From the human T2T-CHM13v2.0 reference genome, Homo sapiens, in assembly GCF_009914755.1 (NCBI RefSeq), contig NC_060931.1: DNA of 64,000 nt, one strand, 5' to 3'. The notes under the pieces were generated by a model that saw only the letters and a program-made list of their open reading frames with translations, did not search any database and was not told the DNA's origin. Below are positions 44,466 to 64,000 of this stretch, in pieces (position 1 is the first letter of the stretch; each line of letters opens with the position of its first letter). Position numbers and translations under genes: made by a program.

Positions 44466-44929
44466 AGCAGAAATGATTTCCTCTGACTCACCAGATCTGG
44501 GATGGCAGGAAGAATGGGACGAGAGGAGGGGCACCTGGGGAGGGAAGGGCGCCTCCCCTGCATCTCGCCTGGCTTGGCTGGGAAATTCAGGAGTCCAAGG
44601 TTTACAAGGACTTCTGAGAGGTTGGCTTTGTGGCAACAGGCAGGCCCTGATGGGGGCCCATGTGCAGGGTGGGTGGTGGTCCCCATCAGAAGAGCACAGT
44701 GAGCCCATTGTCAGACAGACTTCTGTCCACACGGACAGACTTCTGCCCTGGAAAGGGTGTGGTCCCAGACGGGGCTGGGGAGGAAAACAGGTGGCAGCTA
44801 TGGAGTGCCTTACCCTTTCATCTCCAGATGGGAGGGCTTTCAACAGCTCAACAGGGACGGGAACAGGAGGCACATATAGCAGCTGAAGCCCAGGGCACTG
44901 CCAACCAGCCAGCCTAGCATGGATGGTAA

Positions 44930-45115
<186 letters not shown>

Positions 45116-45887
45116 TGAGTAACTGGGATTACAGGCACCCACCATCATGCCCAGCTAATTTTTTGCATATTTACTAGAGATGGGGTTTCACCATGTTGGC
45201 CAGGGTGATCTCAAAACTCCCGACCACAGGTGATCCACCTGCCTTGGCCTCCCAAAGTGCTGGGATTACATGTGTGAGCCACCATGCCCAGCTGAGAGGA
45301 TCTTTTTGTACATCTGTGTCACAGCTGCCTCTTAGATGTTAAAGGCCTAAGGAGAAGGAAGCAGGTAAAGCTGTCCAGAGACAGATCTGATCACCTTGGA
45401 TGACAGTGAGAGCCCCACCAAGGGAGGTAAGCAAGCACCCTGTGGCAGATCTCCAGGTAGGAAATTGAAGTCTCAGATGAGGGAGCTCCATTCGGCCAAG
45501 GCATTCTGGGATCCAGTGAAGGACGTGTTTCAGACTTCATGTTATAAGATCTCAGAGTCCACTGGAAAAACCAACACAGAAATAATTAGAGCCCAAGTAT
45601 AGTGGTTCATGCCTGTAATCTCAGCACTTTGGGAGGGTCACTTGAGCCCAGAAGTTCAAGGCCAGCCTGAGCAACATGGTAAGACCACGTCTCTACAAAA
45701 AATGTTTAAAATTAGCCAGGTGCACTCCTGACCCCAAGCGATCCGCCCGCCTTGGCCTCCCAAAGTGCTGAGATTACAAGTGTGAACCAGAGTACGAGAC
45801 CAGCCTGGCCAACACGGTGAAACCCCATCTCTAATGAAAATACAAAAATTAGCCGGGTGTAGTGGTGGGCACCTGTAATCTCAGCTA

Positions 45888-46058
<171 letters not shown>

Positions 46059-46838
46059 CTACTCAGGAGGCTGAGGTGGGAGGATCACTCAAGCCCAGGA
46101 GGTCGAGGCTGCAGTGAGCTATGATCACGCCACTGTACTCCAGCCTGGGAGACAGAGTGAGACTCTGTCTCAAAGGAATAACAATAATAATTACAATATA
46201 GCATAAGATTTAGGAATCAGACTCGTTGAGGACATACGTTTTGGAGGCGATTAGTCCTGGATTCCGATCCTGGCCCTACCCCAGCCTTGGCTTTGTCATT
46301 GGGAAATTGAGACAAGTCCTTGTCCCTCCTCTGGGTATCACAAAGAGTGACTGAATGACTGTCCCTCATGGTCCAGGCACAGCTCCCAGCCTACAGTAAA
46401 TATGGATAAGGACCAGTTAGTAAGGGGTAATCATTGCTATTGCCAGGTAACTACCAGGTTGAAAGGGCTCTGCGTGGGGGATCTGAGAAGCTTCAGAACA
46501 GGACAGGTAGGAGTTCCCAGGTGGAAAAGGAAGCAGGGGGTTCCAGGCCAAGGGAAGACCAGGGGCAGGAGAGCCAGGTGAACAGTGGGATGTGGCTGAG
46601 TTTCTGGAAGGCAAAAGGAAGAGGTGGGCCGGGCATGGTGACTGGGATTTCAGGCGTGAGCCACCATGCCTGGCCTTAACTTCTTCCTTTCTGATTTGGA
46701 TGCCTTTTATTTCTTTGTCCTGCCTAATTGCTCTGACAAGAGGAAGGGAAGGCGGCCAATAAGAGTCCATGACCAGGCCAGACATGATGGCTCACACCTG
46801 TAATCCCAGCACTTTGGGAGGCCGAAGTGGGCAGATCA

Positions 46839-47129
<291 letters not shown>

Positions 47130-47244
47130 CTATCATGTGGTATCTCACATTCCTGCTCCAAATGCACTAGTTGTATCATTCCTTAAAAATCTTCCAGGGA
47201 AGGTACCATCACTTCCCTCCCAACTCCCTGCCATCCCCACCCCC

Positions 47245-47283
<39 letters not shown>

Positions 47284-47704
47284 CTAATCAGGCCTCTCAT
47301 TTTGTTGATTTTACCTATTTAACACCTCCCAGATCCACCTGTTCCTTTTTGGCCCGTTCCACTGCCTCCCCACTCACCTTTCTCCAATCTGTTCTGTGCA
47401 CAGCTGCAAAACAAACGCCCCTCCTAAAATGCACACCAGCCTGGTCACCCCCTGCCTAAAACTTTTCACCAGTGCTCCATCACCAACACCCAAACTTCAT
47501 CCACTCGCTCATAACCTTCATATATACGTATATATATATATGGATATATAATACTATGGAAAGTATTTAAAAATAAAAATATATATTATATATATATATA
47601 TATTTTTTTTTTTACAATTTCTTCCCACCACCCAATTTATTGTACACTTAACGGTTTTGTCAAAATGGACTTCATCCAAAAATAGCCACAAAATCACAGA
47701 TTTA

Positions 47705-47821
<117 letters not shown>

Positions 47822-48072
47822 CTACTAAAAATACAAAAATTAGCTGGGCATGGTGGCAGGCGCATGTAGTCCCAGCTACTTGGGGGCCGAGGCAGGGGAA
47901 TCGCTTGAAACAAGGAGGCAGAAGTTGCAGTGAGCCGAGACTGTGCTATGCACTCCAGCCTGGGTGACAGAGGGAGATGTCATCTCAAAAAAATAAATAA
48001 ATAAAAAATCACAGATTTAGTGCACTAGCTGTGTTTTCCCCCATAACCATTAAAATAAACCCACAAGTATTA

Positions 48073-48501
<429 letters not shown>

Positions 48502-48509
48502 TCATCTCA

Positions 48510-48677
<168 letters not shown>

Positions 48678-49217
48678 TTAAAAATAATTAAAACATAAAG
48701 TAAACCAGGTGTGTGTGTGTGTGCACGCACATGTGATGTCTGTCACAGAAGCTATCCATGCTCCATGCAAATCCTCTTGTCCTTCCCAATTCAGGGATGC
48801 TGGTCTGACCTCAATTGCCACCTTCTGGCTGGCTCAGTCCCCCAGAGCCAGGGTGACCTGCTGGGGAGGTGGACACAGGAATGCCACATGGGAGAGACTG
48901 ATACCAACACAAAGGATTATTAGCCAACACCTGGGCAGGTCTGGTTGACCAGGGTAAGGTGAAGCCAGGGTTATGTTGGCAAATATTTAACAAACTGGCT
49001 CTGTGGGGACAAGTGTGATTAGCAGCGTTTGTCAATTGCCATGGTGTAAATCCTCCCACCACGGCTGAATTCAAGCTACCAACCAGATGTCCCTGAAAGT
49101 GAAGTTGGGAAGAGATGCTGACAGTCAGCTCTCCCAGGTCGGCGTGGGCTGGCTATGATGTACCACTGGTGGGGCCCAGGACATCGTCTTAGGGAGCTCC
49201 TGCTCTGTAAGTCCTGA

Positions 49218-49313
<96 letters not shown>

Positions 49314-49659
49314 TGAGGTCATGAGTTTGAAACCAGCCTGGCAAACATGGTGAAATCCAGTCTCTACTAAAAATACAAAAATTAGCTGGGCAGGCTGGCA
49401 GGTGCCTGTAATCCCAGCTACTCGGGGGCTGAGGCAGGAGAATCGCTGGAACCCAGGAGGCGGAGGTTGCGGTAAGCCGAGATCACACCACTGCACTACA
49501 GCCTGGGCAACAGAGCGAGACTCCCTCTCAAAAAAAAAAAAAAAAAGAATGGCGTTGAGAAGGAGGTTGGAAGATACTGACTAACCAGAGGCTCACTGAA
49601 AACAGTTGTGTGCAGGAGAAAGGAAGAGCTACAAGCCTATGCACAAGATTCTTTCTGAG

Positions 49660-51823
<2,164 letters not shown>

Positions 51824-53339
51824 TACATGGGGAGATGCTGGACTGAGAGTTGATAGATGTAGATTCCTAGATTCTTTTTTCTTTCTTTCTTTCTTTTGTT
51901 TTTTTTTGATACAAGGTCTTCCTCCATCGCCCAGGCTCGAGTGTAGTGGTGCTGTCTTGGCTCACTGCAGCCTCAATCTCCTGGGCTCAAGCTATCCTCC
52001 CACCTCAACCTCCTGAGTACATGGGAATACAGACACACACCACCATACCTGGCTAATTGTTTGTATTTTTAGTAGAGATCAGGTTTCACCATGTTGCCTA
52101 GGCTTGTCTTGAACTCCTGAGCTCAAGCAATCTGCCCACCTCGGCCTCACAAAGTGCTGCGATTACGGGATGGAGCCACCGCACCCAGCTGATAGACCTA
52201 GATTTTGATTCCAGTTCTGCTGCTTACTAGCTGAGAGGGGAAGTGGCTAATTCTCTCTAGGCCTTGGTTTGTCCATCTGTAAGATGGGCATAGTGATCCC
52301 CACCCTGTGTTCTGGCTGGACAGCATTGTCATGTCAAGAACTTCGCTGAGGACTGGGCGTGGTGGCTCATGCCTATAATCCCAACACTTTGGGAGGCTGA
52401 GGAAGGAGGATCACTTGAGCCTAGAAGTTTGAAGCCAGTCTGGGCAACATCGTCAGACTCCATCTCTACAAAAAATTTAAAAAATTAGCTGGGTGTGGTG
52501 GTGTGTGCCTGTAATCCCAGCTACTTGGGAGGCTGAGGTGGGAGGATGGCTTGAGCTGGGGAGGTCAAGGCTGCAGTAAGCTATGATTGTGTCACCCTAC
52601 TCCAGCCTGGGTGACAGAGTGAGACCCTGTCTCAAAAAAAAGAAGACCCAGATCTTCAGGAAAGAAGAAAGGACATGATAAACAATAAATGTGAGTAAAT
52701 ATGAAAGACAATCTTTTTACGCTTAATTTGTTTAAAATATATATGACAATTTAAGTCAAAAGTAAAAACGTTTGTCAGGTGCGGTGGCTCACGCCTGTAA
52801 TCCCAGCACTGTGGGAGGCTGAGGCGGGGAGATCACGTGAGGTCAGGAGTTTGAGACCAACTTGGACCACATGGTGAAACCCCATCTCTACTAAAAATAC
52901 AAAAATTAGTCGAGCGTGGTAGTGCATGCCTGTAATCCCAGCCTGTGTGATCCTTTATGGGAGAGAGAGAGCATAAGGAAGTCTGCACTTGGATTCCTCC
53001 AGATTCCTATGACTATTTTTTTTTTCTTGAGACATAGTTTTGTTCTTGTCGCCCAGGCTGGTGTGCAATGGCATGATCTTGGCTCACTGCAACCTCTGCC
53101 TGGCAGGTTCAACTGATTCTCCTGCTTCAGCCTCCTGAGTAGCTGGGATTACAGGCACGTACCACCATGCCTGGCTAATTTTTGTATTTTTAGTAAAGAT
53201 GGGGTTTCACCACGTTGTCCAAGGTGGTCTCAAACTCCTGACCTCAGGCGATCTGCCCCCCTTGGCCTCCCACAGTGCTGGGATTACAGGTGTGAGCCAC
53301 CGTGCCCGGCCACTATGACTTTTTCCTTTATGATCCAGC

Positions 53340-53440
53340 TGAGGTAGGATGTGGGACTCAACTCCAGAGGCAGGGAATCGAACTCTGGACCAGATTGAGG
53401 ACTAGCTAAAACAGAAAAGAGGCAAAAGCACCTCTGCATG
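53340..53440 (+). mobile_element. MER41C-like LTR 5' fragment
   Basis: TGAGGTAGGATGTGGGACTCAACTCC...ATTGAGGACTAGCTAAAACAG. Confidence 0.55.
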
Positions 53441-53906
53441 AGGCAGAGGTAAAGAGGACTTCTTGAGCTCAGGAGTTTGAGACCAGCCTAGGCAACATGG
53501 TGAAACCCTGTCTCTACCAAAAATGCAAAAATTAGCCAGGCATGGTGGAGTACCCCTGTGGTCCCAGAAAAAGAAAAAGAAAAAAGAATTAACCACCAAT
53601 TCTTCACCAACTCTTCCAAAACGTAGAAGAGGAGAGAATATTTTCCAACTCATTCTATGAGGTCAGTATTACTCTGATACCAAAAACAAAGACATCACAA
53701 GAAAAGAAAAATACATAGCAATATCTCTTATAAAACAACTAGGAATAAATTTAACCAAGGAGGTGAAAGAACTATATACTGAAAACTGGCCGGGTGCCGT
53801 GGCTCACGCCTGTAATCCCAGGACTTTGGGAGGCCAAGACGGGCGGATCACGAGGTCAGGAGATCGAGACCATCCCGGATAACACGGTGAAACCCCGTCT
53901 CTACTA

Positions 53907-54139
<233 letters not shown>

Positions 54140-54188
54140 CTAAATAAAGTTTTTAAAATCTCACATTCAGATGTTTCAGCTGTGGACC

Positions 54189-56765
<2,577 letters not shown>

Positions 56766-57444
56766 AGCAGTGGTGCCGGCGTGGAGACGGGTGGGAAACT
56801 GCTGGTGTCCAATCTAGGTTTTGAAGTATCAGACACTGATATTTGGGATCTCTGCAGAATTTGGAACGCTGAAGAAGGCGGCTGTGCACTACGATGGCTC
56901 TGGCCGCAGCTTAGGATCAGCAGACATGCGCTTTGAGCGGAAGGCACACGCCCTGAAGGCCATGAAGCAGTACTACGGCACCCCTCTGGCTGGCCGCCCT
57001 GTGAACATTCAGCTTGTCACATCACAGATTGATACATAACAGACACCTGCACAGAGCGTAAACAGAGGTGGCATGACTAGAAACCGTGGCGCTGGAGGTT
57101 TTGGTGGTAACGGAGGCACCCGGGGAGGCACCCGGGGAGGCACCCGTGGAGGCGACCGGGGAAGAGGCAGAGGCGCCGGCAGGAATTCAAAGCAGCAGCT
57201 TTTCGGCAGAGGAGATGGACGCCTATAATGCCAGAATGGACACCAGTTAAGCAGACCAGCAAATCCGCGTGCGCAACAGGACCCAGGCGGCTCCTCTCGC
57301 TCCATGGTGGGGAGGCCGTAGCTGGGGCTGTGTGGCCAATGATGGATTTGTTTCTTTTGTGTTTTAAAGTAGGATTTAAAAACTCGTGTAAAGATGTTTT
57401 TTCTTTCTTTCTTTGTTTTTAAATTCTGAAACAGAAAAAAAAAA
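56766..57444 (+). pseudogene. Processed pseudogene of ALYREF (THOC4), 5'-truncated
   Basis: Intronless GAGVETGGKLLVSNL..VSD / [56 protein letters not shown] / [32 protein letters not shown] / [10 protein letters not shown]. Frameshift at ~56855, premature TAA at 57037-57039, native stop at 57248-57250, then 3' UTR and a short A-tail. Confidence 0.95.
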
Positions 57445-58332
57445 TCCCACGTTCACGTGTTGAAAGTTTGAAATACCGGCCGGGCGCAGTGGCTCACGCC
57501 TGTAATCCCAGCACTTTGGGAGGCCGAGGCGGGCGGATCACAAGGTCAGGAGATCGAGATCATCCTGGCTAACACTGTGAAACCCCGTCTCTACTAAAAG
57601 TACAAAAAATTAGCCGGGCACGGTGGCGTGCACCTGTAGTCCCAGCTACTCTCGGGAGGCTGAGGCAGGACAATGGCGTGAACCCGGGAGGCAGAGCTTG
57701 CAGTGAGCCAAGATCGCGCCACTGCACTCCAGCCTGGGCGACAGAGCGAGACTCCATCCCAAAAAAAAAGACTGAAATACTGTTAAGATGACAATAGTCC
57801 CCAGATGACCTACAGATTTAACACAACCCCTAGCAAAATCTCATGTGGTTTCTTTGCAGAAACCAGTTCTTTGACAAGCTGACTCTAAAATTCATATGGA
57901 AATTCAAAGGACCCAGATTTCAAAACTTAATACAAAACTACAATAATCAAGACAGCTTGATCCTGGCATACGGATGGACATATAGATCAATGGAATAGAA
58001 TTGACAGTCTAGAAATAAACCCTCACATTTACAGTCAATTGATTTTTGACAAGAGTGCCAAGGCCATTCAATGGAGAAAGAAGTATATTCAACAGGTGGT
58101 GCTAGAACAATTGAATATCCGCCCGCAAGAGAAAGAAGTGCAACTGCTACCACATACCATATACAAAAATTAACTTGGCTGGGCGCGCTGGCTCATGTCT
58201 GTAATCCTAGCACTTTGGAAGGCCGAGGTGGGAGGATTGCTTGAGGCTAAGAGTTCAAGACCAACCTGGCAAACATGGCGAGACTTCATCTATTAAAAAA
58301 AAAAAATTAACTCGGCCGGGCGCGGTGGCTCA

Positions 58333-58617
<285 letters not shown>

Positions 58618-59250
58618 TCAAATACCTAAATGTAAGAGCCAAAACTATAAAATATAGGGAAGAAATATAGGGGTAAATTTGTTTCTCTGTTACCCAGGCT
58701 GGAGTGCCATGGCGTGACTGTAGTTCACTACAGCCCCCAACACCTGGGCTCAAGTGATCCTTCCACCTCAACCTCAGAAGTAGCTGAGACTACAGGTGTG
58801 CACCACCATGCCTGGCTAATTTTGTTTATTTTTTTATAGGAATGAGGTCTCACTATGTTGCCCAGACTTGTCTCAAACTCCTGGCCTCAAGTGATCCTTC
58901 TGCCTTGTGACACTTGAAATTTATTTCAAAATAATAAGGAGGCAATATGAAACATTAAAAAAAAAAATTGGGGCCAGGCAGGGTGGCTGCATGTGTAGTC
59001 TCAGCTACTGGGGAGGCTGAGATGGGAGAATCACTTGAGCCCAGGAGGTCGAGGCTGCAGTGAGCCATGATCTCGCCACTTCACTCTAGCCTGGGCAACA
59101 GAGCAAGATCCTGTCTCAAAAAAAAAAAAAAAGGAATCATAAGACTTTTGCTTAAGAATTGCTGGGCAGGCACAGTGGCTCACGCCTGTAATCCCAGCAC
59201 TTTGGGAGGCCGAGGTGGGCAGATCACCTGAGGTCAGGAGTTCGAGACTA

Positions 59251-60234
<984 letters not shown>

Positions 60235-60986
60235 TTAAGCATGTATCTTTATTTTCTGCATTTTGATTCTTTTTTGTTTTGTTTTGTTTTCGAGACAGAG
60301 TCTTGCTGTGTTGCCCAGGCTGGAGTGCAGTGGTGCGAGCTTGGCTCCCTGCAACCTCTGCCTCCTGGGTTCAGGCTATCCTCATGCCTCAGCCTCTCTT
60401 GTAGCTGGGACTACAGGCACGCAACATCATGCTCAGCTAATTTTTGTATTTTTAGTAGAGATGGGGTTTCACCATGTTGGCCAGGTTCCTTGACCTCCTT
60501 GAACTTGAACTCCTGACCGCAGGTGATCTGCCTGCCTTAGCCTCCCAAAGTGCTGGGATTATAGGCATGAGCCACCATGCCTGGCTCATGGAAGGCCTGT
60601 ATTTTGATTCTATTTTTTGACATCTGGGGCCTTGCTGGTGCTAGAGGAGGAAACTGACCCTCCCAGGGTTAGCTAATACCGAGAGATACCAAACAACTCA
60701 TAGTTAGGAGTTTTTTAGGGTTTTGGAGTAGGCTGAAGTGTGGAGGTGGTTGATGGCTGGGGGTATACCTTTTTGTTTTGTTCTGATTTTTTATATTTTA
60801 GACACAGAGTAGCCAGGCGCGGTGGCTCACGCCTGTAATCCCAGCACTTTGGGAGGCTGAGGTGGGTGGATCACGAGGTCAGGAGATCGAGACCATCCTG
60901 GCTAACATGGTGAAACCCCGTCTCTACTAAAAATACAAAAAAATTAGCAGGGTGTGGTGGCGGGTGCCTGTAGTCCCAGCTACTCA

Positions 60987-61235
<249 letters not shown>

Positions 61236-61397
61236 TAACACCATACCTGGCTATTTCAAACAGTTTTTATAGAGGCAGGGTCTTGCTATGTTGCCCAGGC
61301 TGGTCTCAAACTCCTGGCCTCAAAAGATCTTCCTGCCTCAGCTTCCTGAATACCTGGGACTACAGGTGCATGCACCACCTCAGTCACCTGTGATTGA

Positions 61398-61547
<150 letters not shown>

Positions 61548-61781
61548 TAAAAATACAAAAACAATCTTAACACTGTGGGCTGTACACTGTAGCCTACGAG
61601 TGGATTTGGTCTACAGGCTAGAGTTTTCCAATCCCTTAATCCAGATGCTTCCAGCTGAGTCTTGGAAGGGGCTGCAGTCAGAGGCCATAGGCACCAACCT
61701 GCCCACAGGATCTCTTCCAATATGATTCCTCCCCAACTCCCATCCTCAGTCATTGCAATAGGAGTCAATTTCTAGTGAAAC

Positions 61782-63526
<1,745 letters not shown>

Positions 63527-64000
63527 TGATCAGCAGACCTTGGTGTCCCAAAGTTCTGGGATTATAGGTATTAGCCACCGCGCCCAGCCTTTTCATTTTT
63601 TTTTTTTTTTCTGTCTCCGAAGACTGGCCTCTTTCCAGGATGACTTTCAGTGAAATTTCCACTCCTTTCAGGGGAAACACAACTCCCACCCACACTGATA
63701 ACAGACATTTCCTTCTTGCTGCATCAGGATGATGAGAATTGAAGTCTGGTTTAACCCTGTCCTTAACCTTCCCTGGGGCCCTGGATGGGTAGTTCTGTAG
63801 CTCCCGGCCTCTTGCTGACCACTGGACCAAAATACACAGAAGAATCCTATACAAGGTAAGCATTTGACGGATACCTCTTAGGTGGCCTCAGCTTTAGGAA
63901 GCTTTATTGGATCCAAAAATAGCTTTATTTCCCCAGGCCAGCCTCCCCACATACCTTGCCTCCAGCTTAGTGTCACAGTGCCTGTATCTCTGTGCGAAGA

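Overview
Eukaryotic, Alu-saturated primate DNA that I recognise as the human 7q11.23 eotaxin locus. The only intact protein-coding gene is CCL24 (eotaxin-2): minus strand, 3 coding exons, 119 aa. There are probable upstream non-coding exons of CCL24 (~44.4 kb) and CCL26 (~10.8 kb). Bases 1-9613 hold a defective HERV-H provirus with three LTR7 copies and two different primer-binding sites. The rest is Alu, MER41, LTR8, MLT2, Tigger and L1 debris plus microsatellites. The most unusual structure is a ~3.3-kb block (54170-57440) inserted into an old L1 between target-site duplications. It fuses an inverted copy of nearby genomic DNA (49660-51823) to a 5'-truncated ALYREF retrocopy, and the two arms appear to have been partly homogenised afterwards. 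Almost all ORFs in the supplied track are Alu or microsatellite artefacts. I see no new protein-coding system. The novelty lies in retrotransposition and recombination mechanisms and in candidate STAT-responsive regulatory DNA. Repeat subfamily names and transcript annotations are from memory and need RepeatMasker/BLAT confirmation.
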